DNA of 64,000 bases from Eledone cirrhosa (GCA_964016885.1 OZ024740.1:249984001-250048000); one strand, 5' to 3'; counted from the first letter of the stretch, positions 1 to 13,675 are shown. Numbers and translations are program-made. Notes: generated by a model not told the origin, from the sequence alone.

Positions 1-27
1 ATATATATATATATATATATATGTATG

Positions 28-69
<42 letters not shown>

Positions 70-514
70 TGTATGTATATGTATATGTATATATATGTAT
101 ATGTATATATATATATATGTATGTATGTATATGTATATATATATATATATATGTATGTATATGTATATGTATATATATATATATGTATGTATGTATATGT
201 ATATATATATATATATATGTATGTATATGTATATATATATATATATATGTATGTATATGTATGTATATGTATATATATATATATGTATATATATGTATGT
301 ATATGTATGTATATGTATATATATATATGTATGTATATGTATATATATATATATATATGTATGTATATGTATGTATATGTATGTATATGTATGTATATGT
401 ATATATATATATATATATGTATGTATATGTATGTATATGTATGTATATGTATGTATATGTATATATATATATATATATGTATGTATATGTATGTATATGT
501 ATATATATATATAT

Positions 515-548
<34 letters not shown>

Positions 549-565
549 ATGTATGTATATGTATG

Positions 566-596
<31 letters not shown>

Positions 597-627
597 GTAT
601 GTATATGTATGTATATGTATGTATATG

Positions 628-662
<35 letters not shown>

Positions 663-861
663 ATGTATATATATATATATATGTATGTATGTATATGTAT
701 ATATATATATATGTATGTATGTATATGTATATATATATATGTATGTATGTATATGTATATATATATATATGTATATGTATATATATATATGTATGTATGT
801 ATATGTATATATATATATGTATGTATGTATATGTATATATATATATGTATGTATGTATATG

Positions 862-899
<38 letters not shown>

Positions 900-913
900 T
901 ATGTATGTATATG

Positions 914-946
<33 letters not shown>

Positions 947-949
947 ATG

Positions 950-982
<33 letters not shown>

Positions 983-1025
983 ATGTATATATATGTATGT
1001 ATGTATATGTATATGTATGTATATG

Positions 1026-1060
<35 letters not shown>

Positions 1061-1118
1061 ATGTATATATATGTATGTATGTATATGTATATGTATGTAT
1101 GTATATGTATATATATAT

Positions 1119-1208
<90 letters not shown>

Positions 1209-1289
1209 ATGTATATATATGTATGTATGTATATGTATATGTATGTATGTATATATATATATGTATATGTATATGTATATATATATATG

Positions 1290-1334
<45 letters not shown>

Positions 1335-1519
1335 ATGTATATATATATATATATATATGTATGTATATGTATGTATATGTATATATATATGTATGTATAT
1401 GTATGTATATGTATATATATATGTATGTATGTATATGTATATATATATATATATGTATGTATATGTATGTATATGTATATATATATGTATGTATATGTAT
1501 ATATATATGTATGTATATG

Positions 1520-1550
<31 letters not shown>

Positions 1551-1579
1551 GTATATATATATATATATGTATATATATG

Positions 1580-1611
<32 letters not shown>

Positions 1612-2116
1612 TATATGTATGTATATGTATATATATATATATATATGTATGTATATGTATATATATATATGTATGTATATGTATATATATATATATATGT
1701 ATGTATATGTATATATATATATATGTATGTATATGTATATATATATATATGTATGTATATGTATATATATATATATATGTATGTATATGTATATATATAT
1801 ATATGTATGTATATGTATATATATATATATGTATGTATATGTATATATATATATATATGTATGTATATGTATATATATATATATGTATGTATATGTATAT
1901 ATATATATATATGTATGTATATGTATATATATATATATATATGTATGTATATGTATATATATATATATATATGTATGTATATGTATATATATATATATAT
2001 ATGTATGTATATGTATATATATATATATATATGTATGTATATGTATATATATATATATATGTATGTATATGTATATATATATATATGTATATATATATAT
2101 GTATATATATATATAT
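1..2116. repeat. (AT)n/(ATGT)n compound microsatellite
   Basis: Pure AT/ATGT tandem sequence; the YI/YM/CI ORFs over it are artefacts. Confidence 0.98.
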
Positions 2117-5100
2117 CATCATCATCATCATTTTACGTCCGCTTTTCCCTGCTTGCAAGGGTGGGACGGGTCTTATTCAGCACAGCATCTCTCCACTCGT
2201 CACGGTCCCTCGTCATCTCCACCGTGAGCTTCAATGATCTGAGGTCTGTTCTCACCACCTCCGCCCATGTTTTTCGTGGTCTACCTCTACCACGTCTTCC
2301 TTCAACTGGCATTTCCTGGCACTTCTTCACCCATCGGTCATCCTCCATGCGCATCACATGTCCATACCACCTCAGTCTCCTCTCCCGTACACTACATTCT
2401 ATCCCTCTCAGACACAGTTTCTCTCGCAACACATTTATGCTGGGTCGTTCACGCACATTTACACTGCACATCCAACGGAGCATGCTTGCCTCATTTCTCT
2501 CCAGCCGTCGCATATCTTCTGCGGTAGCTGCCCATGTCTCACTACCATGCAGCATCGCGCTCCTCACACAGGCATCATACAACCGGCCTTTCGTACGCAG
2601 GGAGAAACCCTTCTTCGTCAACAGAGGAAGCAGCTCCCTAAACTTCTTCCAACCCGTCCTTATTCTAGATACTATGGCCTCGGAACACCCTCCTCCCATG
2701 CTAATCTGATCTCCTAGGTACCGGAAGCTATCCACCACTTCTATAGCGCCCTCTCGCATTTGAAAAATGTGTCTATCAGTGCGACTTCTACTGTCTAATT
2801 TCCCTGTACATCTACTGCATACATATTTCTCCCTACCTGTTAGTTTGCCTGCTATCCCGCTACATCTCTTGTGTACCCAGGACCTACATTGTGTGCATTT
2901 TATAGAATTTATGCCAGTTCCTTTTCTGCATATCGAACATGGCCATTTCCCTGACGGAATCAGGGTTTTGTCCTCTTTTCTACTCATCAACACTTTTGTC
3001 TTAGCTAGATTTACTCTCAGTCCTCTTGCTTCCAACTGCTGTTTCCATAGCCGGAATTTATTCTCTAGCTCCTCTACTGATTCTGCCATAAGAGCCAGAT
3101 CGTCAGCATAGAGAAGTTCCCATGGACAGCCAGTCTTAAACTCCTCTGTTATGGCTTGGAGGACTATAATGAACAAGAGCGGGCTGAGGACCGAACCCTG
3201 ATGTACTCCTACTTGTATCTGGAATTCCTCACTAAACTCCATTCCTACCCTGACTTTACTGAGAGTACCTCTGTACAAAGTTTGCACTGTCCTTACAAGC
3301 CATTCCTCAACACCCAGCTTCCTTAGGGACCACCAGATGACAGATCGGGGTACCCTATCAAAGGCCTTCTCTAGGTCAACAAAGGCTAAGTATAGTGGCT
3401 TATTCTTCTCTAAGAACCTCTCTTGCATTTGTCTCACCAAGAAGAGGGCATCTGTTGTACTCTTCCCAGGCACAAAACCAAACTGCATCTCATCTAGTTT
3501 GACCCTTTCTCTAATTAGTTGTGCTAGAATCCTTTCTGCCACTTTCATAACCTGATCTATCAGTTTTATACCCCTATAATTGCTCCTCTCCAAAGCATCC
3601 CCTTTACCTTTGTAGCAATTTATGAGAATACTGCTGCACCAGTCTTTGGGTATGACACCACCATATATAGCCTGATTGATTATGCGTGCAACCAGTTTAG
3701 TGCCTACGTCCCCTGATGCCTTCAGCATCTCAGCAACTATTCCCGATGGTCCGGCCGCCTTACCATTTTTCATTTCCCTAATCGCCTCTTGGACCCTATA
3801 TTCGTCAATCTCAATAGCTGGTCCCTCTGTCGGATCTACCAAGGGTAATTTCTCTCTCTCCCATTCGTTCTCCACATTCATCAGTCTCTCATAATGACAT
3901 TTCCAGGCCTCCTTTTTCTGGTCATTCGTGACACTAAGTACACCGGCATCATCCCGGACACATTTATCACCAACAACATCCTGATTTGCATTGACACACT
4001 GCCTTGCAATGTGGAACACCGCACGCCTCTGATCTTCCCGTCGCAGAACATTGGCAAACCTCCTACTCTCTGCCTCCCTGCGTGCTAAGTACACCTGACG
4101 TCTAGCTTCTCTCTTAGTGGCTGTATATTCTTCCCTACTCCCACCCTTATTCCAAGCCTTCCATGCTAGTCTTTTGTCTCTAATAGCCTTATCTACACTG
4201 CTGTTCCACCACCAGGTCACTCTCTGTCTGGTTGGAGCTCTGCTCCAGCCACAGGTTTCATCAGTAGCCTTCAGCAAGTTGTCACGTAAGAACTTCCAGT
4301 TATTATCTATGTCATACGTCTCTAAATCGTCTTCTTTTTCGTCATATACATCTTGAAGGGCTTTCCTAAATTTGAATTTTAGTGAAAGGTCTTTTAGCTT
4401 CCAGACCTTTCTTCTCCACACCTTCCTATATGTCTCATTCCATCTCTTGCTTACTGAGATATCACTAACAACTAACCTATGCTGTGGGGTACATTCTTCC
4501 CCAGGGTATGCCTTGGTATTAGACACTATCTGCCTGTCCCGCTGCCTAACTAGCAGGAAGTCAATCTGGCTTATGTGCTCACCAGATTTGTAGGTTATTA
4601 GGTGATTGGCAGGTTTCTGGAAGTTTGTGTTGCAAATAGTCAATGTACTTGCATCACAAAATTCAAGAAGTCTCACTCCTTCTTCATTTCTTGAACCGTA
4701 ACCGTGCCCACCATGTACCCCAGTGTAACCATCCTGGAGCTGTCCAACATGACCATTGAAGTCTCCTGCTAGCATAATGATGTCTCCGTCCTCTGTCATT
4801 GTGGTTGTTTGCAAAAGTTGCTCATAAAAGCAGTCTTTCTCATCTTTGCCTAGGCCTGCTTGGGGAGCATAGACCGAGATGATTGTCAGTAGTCTCCTAC
4901 CTACAACTAATCTAAGCTTAATTATTCGATTACTAACTCGAACTACCTCTATTGTCTTATTGATCCATTTCTCAGCCAGGAAAATGCCTACTCCCCCTAA
5001 CCCATCATCCTTACCTACCCAGAATAGCTTATAGCTAAGACGCTTGCCTACGACTAGTCTCGCAGAGGCACCCCTCCATCTCACCTCTTGCACGCAGCAC

Positions 5101-5390
5101 ACATCCACCTGCCTTCTCTCCAGCATCTCCGCTATTTCAGCAGACCTACCTCTGAGAGTGCCAACATTAAGTGTTGCAACTCTGAGATGCGACGTCTTCA
5201 TATTTTTCTATGCTGTTTTGTTGCTGTGCTGATAAGCTTTTTGGCATTGATACACTGGTTGGATGCCCTTCCTAACACCAGCGCCACTTTACAGCATGGA
5301 CTGGGTGCTTTTATTTGTGCCACCAGCACTAGAGAGGATGTCTTACTAGACTCAAGGGCCCTCTCTACCCCTCCATTTTACAGCATGGTC
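2117..5390 (-). mobile_element. Near full-length RTE-clade LINE (family A) with (ATG)n tail
   Basis: Single ORF with APE endonuclease and RT; (CAT)n on + strand at 2117-2131 abuts the stop codon; upstream region carries the RTE 5'-UTR-type motif AGGAAGGGCATCC (+ strand ggatgcccttcct, ~5261-5273). Confidence 0.95.
2133..5201 (-). CDS. RTE LINE protein: APE-like endonuclease + reverse transcriptase with internal PHD-like C4HC3 finger
   Basis: Uninterrupted 1022-aa ORF. EN motifs [35 protein letters not shown]; RT motifs [46 protein letters not shown]; C-terminal GRGRPRKTW. Confidence 0.96.
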   Translation of the reverse strand: MKTSHLRVATLNVGTLRGRSAEIAEMLERRQVDVCCVQEVRWRGASARLVVGKRLSYKLFWVGKDDGLGGVGIFLAEKWINKTIEVVRVSNRIIKLRLVVGRRLLTIISVYAPQAGLGKDEKDCFYEQLLQTTTMTEDGDIIMLAGDFNGHVGQLQDGYTGVHGGHGYGSRNEEGVRLLEFCDASTLTICNTNFQKPANHLITYKSGEHISQIDFLLVRQRDRQIVSNTKAYPGEECTPQHRLVVSDISVSKRWNETYRKVWRRKVWKLKDLSLKFKFRKALQDVYDEKEDDLETYDIDNNWKFLRDNLLKATDETCGWSRAPTRQRVTWWWNSSVDKAIRDKRLAWKAWNKGGSREEYTATKREARRQVYLARREAESRRFANVLRREDQRRAVFHIARQCVNANQDVVGDKCVRDDAGVLSVTNDQKKEAWKCHYERLMNVENEWEREKLPLVDPTEGPAIEIDEYRVQEAIREMKNGKAAGPSGIVAEMLKASGDVGTKLVARIINQAIYGGVIPKDWCSSILINCYKGKGDALERSNYRGIKLIDQVMKVAERILAQLIRERVKLDEMQFGFVPGKSTTDALFLVRQMQERFLEKNKPLYLAFVDLEKAFDRVPRSVIWWSLRKLGVEEWLVRTVQTLYRGTLSKVRVGMEFSEEFQIQVGVHQGSVLSPLLFIIVLQAITEEFKTGCPWELLYADDLALMAESVEELENKFRLWKQQLEARGLRVNLAKTKVLMSRKEDKTLIPSGKWPCSICRKGTGINSIKCTQCRSWVHKRCSGIAGKLTGREKYVCSRCTGKLDSRSRTDRHIFQMREGAIEVVDSFRYLGDQISMGGGCSEAIVSRIRTGWKKFRELLPLLTKKGFSLRTKGRLYDACVRSAMLHGSETWAATAEDMRRLERNEASMLRWMCSVNVRERPSINVLREKLCLRGIECSVRERRLRWYGHVMRMEDDRWVKKCQEMPVEGRRGRGRPRKTWAEVVRTDLRSLKLTVEMTRDRDEWRDAVLNKTRPTLASREKRT

Positions 5391-5664
5391 ATTAAAAAAA
5401 AAAAAAAAAAAAAAAAAGGGAAACTTATTGACACGACTCACACACTAATACTCATGCATACAAACCACAACCACACATACCAACACTCATTCATGCATAC
5501 AATCACGCACACCACTCACAAACATATATATATATACATATATTACCGACAGTACTGATACAAAATCAAAATCAAAGTCAAAATCAAAATCAAAATCAAA
5601 ATCGTCAAAATCACTATCATGTCAACTGTTGACCTTTCCCAGTCCAGTTCGGCTTGTATATAAT

Positions 5665-5997
5665 AACAATAACAATAATAATTGTTTGTTTACGCTGGTA
5701 ATGGCGGTGGTGGATGGTGTCAGTGTGGTGGTGGTGGATGGTATCAGCGTGGTGGTGGTGGATGGTCAGTGATGGTGGTGGCAGTTGTTGATGCTGTAGT
5801 TGTTATTGTAGTTGTTACTGTTGTTGTTGTCCTTCATTTCACTGCTGCTGTTGCTGCAGACAATGGTGTTGATGCTGTTATTGCTGTCGCATATATACAA
5901 ATACATACACACACATTCAACACAGACGATGGTGTTGTTGCTGTTGTTGTTGTTGTTGTTGGTGTTGCTGCTGTTGTTGTTGTAGTTGTTGCTGTGT
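5665..5997. repeat. Low-complexity triplet repeats (AAT/GGT/GTT/GCT)
   Basis: Runs of ggt, gtt and gct triplets visible directly. Confidence 0.85.
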
Positions 5998-6328
5998 TGA
6001 AATCTGGCCGCATCCACTGAGATATACATATACACACACATACACATATGTATATACACATACATACATCAAAAGAGAGTCAGCAGTATGTCAACAGGGG
6101 ACAGGACAGCGACCTTAGAGTAATGTGGTGATGGTGGAGAGCGAGTGTAGGCGTTATTGTTAGTGTGGTGACGGGGGGGGGGGTCAGTGAGATGTTACAA
6201 GTTCATAGATCACTTCTCTCTTTTCCTCTCTCTTCAAAATTTTGAATTGATGGCCTTTTGCAATGGCGGACAAGTATATATAATATATATATATGAAGCA
6301 AAGAAAAGAAAATTTTCACTGATATGAA

Positions 6329-6622
6329 AGATTTCCTGGTAGAAGTTCAGGTGTATTCAGTAATTGGTATCCAGTTTCGGGGTATCCAATTAGAAAATCC
6401 AACGAATCTTTAAGAGGGGTCCACGCAACCATTGATATATATATCTATATATGTAAAATGCAAGCAGAAATGACAACGAAAGATTTCCTGGTAGAAGTTC
6501 AGGTGTATTCAGTGTTGGTATCCAGTGTTAGGGTATCCAATTAGAAAATCCAACGAATTTTTGAGAGGGGTCCACGCAAGCATATATATAGATATATGCA
6601 AAATGCAAGCAGAAATAACAAC
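6329..6622. repeat. Two-copy tandem duplication, ~152-bp unit
   Basis: agatttcctggtagaagttcaggtgtattcag...aaaatgcaagcagaaat occurs at ~6329 and ~6481. Confidence 0.85.
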
Positions 6623-6764
6623 ACATATACTAATGAACATACATTAAACACAGAGGGACTGTAAATGATAATAGCAATATCTAGATATAAATATATAAAT
6701 GTACATATCTCTATTGGTCTCATAAATTTTAAATTTTTCTCTTTTTTCTTATATAAATATATTG

Positions 6765-6924
6765 TATATATATATATTATATATATATATATATTATATA
6801 TATATAATATTATATATATATATATTATATTTATATATATATATATTATATTATATATATATATATTATATGATATATATAATATTATATATATATATAT
6901 ATATTATATATTATATATATATAT

Positions 6925-6985
<61 letters not shown>

Positions 6986-7006
6986 ATATAATATTATATA
7001 TATATA

Positions 7007-7055
<49 letters not shown>

Positions 7056-7230
7056 ATATATATTATATATATATATAATATTATGTATATATATATATAT
7101 TATATTTATATATATATATATTATATTATATATATATATATATAATATTATATATATATATATATATTATATTTATATATATATATTATATTATATATAT
7201 ATATTATATTATATATATATATTATATTAT
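6765..7230. repeat. (TA)n-type microsatellite
   Basis: Degenerate TA/TTA tract. Confidence 0.95.
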
Positions 7231-7888
7231 ATAGACGGTAGCCACGGAGTAGGCAGACCCAGAAAAACATGGGACGAGCTGATAAATTCCGACCTCACAC
7301 GCTTACACCTCTCCAAGACAATGTCACTGGACCGAGACCTTTGGCGGTACTCAGTAATAGAGAAGACCCGCCTTACCTAAATACAAAGTAAAAACCTACT
7401 ACAGTCAGTAGGCATCTCTATCAAAACACCCCCCGTCCCACCACCTCCACCCCATCCACACCGCCCCTTTCAATGTACAGTTATGTTGGTCCCACAACAT
7501 CCAGGCCGAAACAAATGAGATCGTGTAGGTGTCACGACAAAAAACATACAGTCCACGCTGTAAATGTGGCCGTGTAGGCAACACGGTAAAAACCTCCCAG
7601 CCCCACACTGTAAATGAGGTTGGTGTTAGGAAGGGCATCCAGCTGTAGAAAACCCGCCAGACAGTCCACGCTGTAATGTGGCCGTGTAGGCAACACGGTA
7701 AAAACCTCCCAGCCCCACACTGTAAATGTGGTTGGTGTTAGGAAGGGCATCCAACTGTAGAAAACCCGCCAGACAGTCCTATGCGAGCAAGACAACCACT
7801 CTTGCCTCAAGTGGGAAAACCCCCGGCCAAACCCATGCAAGCGTGGAACACGGACGCTAAACCTGATGATGATGATGATGATGATGAT
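7231..7888 (+). mobile_element. 5'-truncated RTE LINE (family B), 3' end
   Basis: Encodes ...GVGRPRKTWDELINSDL...EKTRLT*; near-identical to the reverse complement of 33640-34295; (GAT)n tail. Confidence 0.93.
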
Positions 7889-8374
7889 ATGTATCAACAC
7901 ATATATTTTTATTGTTTGACCCGAATTACTTGGTCGTTTTGTTTTGGCTGTGCGGATGATATGTTTAACCATCATCTCAGTGTGTTTGGCCCTTAACGTA
8001 TGTTGTAGCTCTGATTCATATGATTCATCGAGCGCTTGCCACACATATCGGACGTTGATTTTCGTTAAATTCCTGAGCTGAAAACGATTCTCGCTAATTT
8101 ATATTTGTAATATTATATATATATATATATATTATATTTATATATATATATATATATTATATTTATATATATATATATTATATTATATTCTATATATTAT
8201 ATTATATATATATATATTATATTATATATATATATATTATATTATATATATTATATTATATATATATATATTATATATATATATATATTATATATAATAT
8301 TTATTAAAATAACAGATTAAAGTTTAAGCAAAGAATCGCTGCTTTCACCTTTATTATTATTACTATACATTTAT

Positions 8375-8391
8375 ATATGTAATATATATAT

Positions 8392-8456
<65 letters not shown>

Positions 8457-8547
8457 TATATTATATGTATATGTATATATATATTATATATTATATATAT
8501 ATTACATATATATGTATATATACATATATATATTATATATGTATATA

Positions 8548-8608
<61 letters not shown>

Positions 8609-9459
8609 ATGTATATATTATATATATGTATATATTATATATATATATATGTATATATTATATATATATATATGTATGTATGTATATCTATATTATATAT
8701 ATATATGTATATATATATTATATATATATGTATGTATGTATATATATATTATATATATATATGTATATATATATTATATATATATGTATGTATGTATATA
8801 TATATTATATATATGTATGTATGTATATATATATTATATATATATGTATGTATGTATATATATATTATATATATATATGTATATATATATTATATATATA
8901 TGTATGTATGTATATATATATTATATATATGTATGTATGTATATATATATTATATATATATGTATGTATATATATATTATATATATGTATGTATATATAT
9001 ATTATATATATATATGTATATATATTATATATATGTATATATATATTATATATATATATGTATATATATATTATATATATATATATGTATATATATATTA
9101 TATATATATATGTATATATATATGTATATATATATTATATATATATATATATGTATGCATGTATATATATATTATATATATATATATATGTATGCATGTA
9201 TATATATATATTATATATATATGTGTATGTATGTATATATATATTATATATATATATGTATATATATATTATATATATATATATATTATATATATATGTA
9301 TGTATATATATATTATATATATATATGTATATATATATTATATATGTATGTATGTATATTTATATTATATATATGTATGTATGTATATATATATTATATA
9401 TATATATGTATATATATATATGTATGTATGTATATATATATATATATATATGTATATAT

Positions 9460-9491
<32 letters not shown>

Positions 9492-9550
9492 ATGTATGTA
9501 TGTATATATATATATGTATATATTATATATATATATATATATGTATATAT

Positions 9551-9581
<31 letters not shown>

Positions 9582-9885
9582 TATATATATATATGTATGT
9601 ATGTATATATATATATATATATATGTATATATTATATATATATATGTATATATTATATATATGTATATATTATATATATAAATTAATATGTATGTGATGA
9701 AACACAGATACCAACATATCTGTATATATATTGCAATATATATACAGATGTGTTGGTATCTGTGTTTCATCACATACATATTAATTTATACACTGCTCAG
9801 GGGTTATTTTTCCTCCTTCGAGCTGATTCCATTGTAAAAGAATTCATTACCTTATTAATTTTAATATTATATATATATATATATA

Positions 9886-9933
<48 letters not shown>

Positions 9934-10068
9934 TATATATATATATGTATATATTATATATATATATATATATTATATATATATGTATATATTATATATA
10001 TATGTATATATTATATATATATATATGTATACATTATATATATATATATGTATATATTATATATATAG

Positions 10069-10104
<36 letters not shown>

Positions 10105-10172
10105 TATATATATATATATGTATATATTATATATATATGTATATATATATATGTATATATTATATATATATA

Positions 10173-10246
<74 letters not shown>

Positions 10247-10524
10247 TATATATATATATATATATGTATATATTATATATATATGTATATATTATATATA
10301 TATGTATATATTATATATATATATGTATATATTATATATATATATGTATATATTATATATATATGTATATATTATATATATATGTATATATTATATATAT
10401 ATATGTATATATTATATATATATGTATATATTATATATATATGTATATATTATATATATATGTATATATTATATATATATATATTATATATATATATATA
10501 TTATATATATATATATTATATATA
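8375..10524. repeat. (TA)n/(ATGT)n microsatellite block, interrupted by a hairpin element at 9675-9870
   Basis: Direct inspection. Confidence 0.95.
9677..9790. repeat. Near-perfect palindrome, ~57-bp arms, no spacer
   Basis: tatgtatgtgatgaaacacagataccaaca...ttg|caa...tgttggtatctgtgtttcatcacatacata, centre 9733/9734. Confidence 0.92.
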
Positions 10525-11033
10525 TGGATATGTAATAGTAATATACGTGAACGGCAAAGCATAAATGAACTAAGGAAAAAATTAGAAATAAGAGGGATCA
10601 GATGTTGCTTACTCGAGAGAATGCTACGTTGGTATGGTCACGTGATGCGCATGAAAGACGACAGCTGTATAACAAAGTGCAGGGCAATAAAGATAGAGGG
10701 TAGCTACGGAGTAGGCAGACCCAGAAAAACCTGGGACGAGCTGATAAATTCCGACTTCACACACTTACACCTCTCCAAGACAATGTCACTGGACCGAGAC
10801 CTTTGGCGGTACTCAGTAATAGAGAAGACCCGCCTTACCTAAATACAAAGTAAAACCTACTACAGTCAGTAGGCATCTCTAACAAAATACACCCCCGTCC
10901 CCCAGCTGTAGAAAACCCGCCAGACAGTCCTATGCGAGCAAGACACTCTTGCTTCAAGTGGGAAAACTCCTGTCCAAACCCATGCAAGCGTAGAACACGG
11001 ACGTTAAACGATGATGATGATGATGATGATGAT
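10525..11033 (+). mobile_element. 5'-truncated RTE LINE (family B) with internal 3'-UTR deletion
   Basis: W.CNSNIRERQSINELRKKL...GRPRKTW...EKTRLT*; 3' end ...cacggacgttaaac(GAT)n. Confidence 0.92.
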
Positions 11034-11172
11034 ATATATCTTATATATATAAATATTATATATATATATATATTATATATATATATATTATATATTTATA
11101 AAAATATTTACTTGTTGTATCCCAACAATTTTAAATAGAACTTTTGCATATATATTATATATATTTATATAT

Positions 11173-11204
<32 letters not shown>

Positions 11205-11358
11205 ATATATATTATATATATATATATATATTATATATATATATATTATATTTAAATATATATGTATATATATTATATTTATATATATATATATATATAT
11301 ATATTATATTTATATATATATATATATATATTATATTTATATATATATATATATATTA

Positions 11359-11404
<46 letters not shown>

Positions 11405-11586
11405 TTATATATATATATATTATATATTATATATATATATTTATTAAAATAACAGATTAAAGTTTAAGCAAAGATTCGCTGCTTTCACCTTTATTATTAT
11501 TACTATATATATTATATATATATATATTATATATATATTATATATAATATATATATATTATATATATTATATATATATATATATAT

Positions 11587-11611
<25 letters not shown>

Positions 11612-11617
<6 letters not shown>

Positions 11618-12727
11618 GAAATTACATGAATCAAAGTTCTGTTCAAATCATTTAATAGCTTACAATTGTTTCTTCTAAACCGAGGTTTGGAGTCTTCGGA
11701 GCAATTTTTCAATGTTTGTTTACATACATGACCTCCTTTCCAACACAAGAGACATACAGAAACGTATGTATATATCGATGTACAGTGGGTTGACATCCAT
11801 TATAATATTTTAGCATGGCAATTTACATTCAAAGATTAAAGTCATATTAAAAGAAAATTAAAACAAAATTAAAGTTAAAATACAACATTGGCAGTTTACG
11901 AAGATAATGCAAGAGGATTGTTTGAAGTAGTTAGTTTATGCAATCGTTACACGTACGGCTTGCACGTGTGTCTTATTTATATAAGATAATAAGATTATAG
12001 TGCGGCAAGGTGTTATATGGAATACAAGCACTTTAAGCGGGCAATCAAGAGTATTATGGGGGTTGTATTGGTAAAGTATTTTTTATGTATGATATAGAAG
12101 CTTGTGTGCAGAGAAATATTAAAAATGATAAGCAAAATAGTGTCATTGTTTTCGCATACACCACCATTTTCACAATCCAGGAAACGTAATATATAGATTA
12201 TATGTTCTTCACATAATCAACGATGATTCAATATTGGATGTTTGATGAATTTGGTTAGATTATTACAGCTTGCATTATCTTCGTAAATTGCCAATGTTGT
12301 ATTTTAACTTTAATCTTGTTTTAATTTTCTTTTAATATGACTTTAATCTTTGAATGTAAATTGCCATGCTAAAATATTATAATGGATGTAAACCCACTGT
12401 ACATCGATATATACATATGTTTCTGTATGTCTCTTGTGTTGGAAAGGAGATCATGTATGTAAACCATCATTGAAAAATTGCTCCGAAGACTCCAAACCTC
12501 GGTTTGGAAGAAACAATTGTAAGCTAATAAATGATTTGAACAGAACTTTGATTCATGTAATTTCTATATAACTGCTCTGTAGAACAACTGATGTTATTAC
12601 ATTGAGCTATTTATCTTACTGGTAATAAGGTAGTAATAAATTACTGTCTTTCACTGTTTAGGGTTTAAAATATATATAACTATAAAAGGTTTTAGTATAT
12701 ACATAACCATAAATAGTATCCTTAATA
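11612..12727 (+). mobile_element. Non-coding inverted-repeat element with hammerhead-like motif (putative non-autonomous PLE, locus 1)
   Basis: ~300-bp inverted arms 11612-11913 and 12269-12570; right arm extended to ~12727; homologous to 32870-35656; flanked by (TA)n. Confidence 0.75.
12480..12524 (+). ncRNA. Type I hammerhead ribozyme-like motif, variant core
   Basis: gcu CCGAAGA c-UCCAAAC cucg GUUUGGA-a GAAA CAAUUG UA agc: stem I gcu/agc, 7-bp stem II, palindromic stem III, GUA triplet. Deviations: U4C and an unpaired 10.1-11.1 position. Inverted copy at ~11658-11702. Confidence 0.6.
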
Positions 12728-12775
12728 CTATATTATATATATATATATTATATATATATGTATATATATATATAT

Positions 12776-13675
12776 ACTATGAATAATGAGTTCTAAACTC
12801 AAACAGTCCTTTACAATGAAATAGTTCAAAGAAAGAAGTATTTCTGAGCCGTGTAATACAAGTTAATATAAATTAATATATTTGATAAACACTAATACCA
12901 ACATATAAGTGTTTGTATTGTAAATGACTAAGTTAGCTAGATTGAATAATACTAATTATAATAATACAGTTTGCCTGTCTCGATTTAAAATAATAAATCA
13001 ATAAAAACAAATCATATTGGCAAATGGCCGTGGTACTTGGAAAAATTTAAATTTCAAAATCCAAACCTGCTCCATAGATAAGTTTAAACTTTAAAATCCA
13101 AATATGTTTCGATAAATGAAAAAGTGAAAAAATACCAAATTCAGATCTCTTCAGCAAGTACCCTGAAAAATTGGTATGTTTCACTTCAAAATATTTAAGA
13201 AGACTGAATAACGCACATGGTTTTTCAGTGTCTAGCTGCCTCATACTCGTGTTGCTAGAAATAACAGCCGTTTTTATGGGGCTAAAAATTAGCTCGACAG
13301 AAGGAGCAGTGATACTATGAATAACGAGTTCTAAACTCAAACAGTCCTTTACAATGAAATAGCTCAAAGAAAGAAGTATTTCTGAGCCGTGTAATACAAG
13401 TTAATATAAATTAATATATTTGATAAAACTAATACCAACATATAAATGTTTGTATTGTAAATGACTAAGTTAGCTAGATTGAAAAATACTAATTATAATA
13501 ATACAGTTTGCCTGTTCCGTAAAAACAAATCATATTGGCAAATGGCCGTGGTACTTGGACAAATTTAAATTTCAAAATCCAGACCTGCTCCGTAGATAAG
13601 TTTAAACTTTAAAATCCAAATATGTTTCGATAAATGAAAAAGTGAAAAAATACCAAATTCAGATCTCTTCAGCAA

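Noticed and set aside
21-2709. Long + strand ORFs of 710-894 aa (and similar ones at 8465-10564, 13642-14410, 47264-48362)
   Set aside because: Translations of AT/ATGT microsatellites that lack stop codons; not genes.
2267-5558. Short + strand ORFs overlapping LINE A
   Set aside because: Antisense shadows of the RTE ORF with no domain features.
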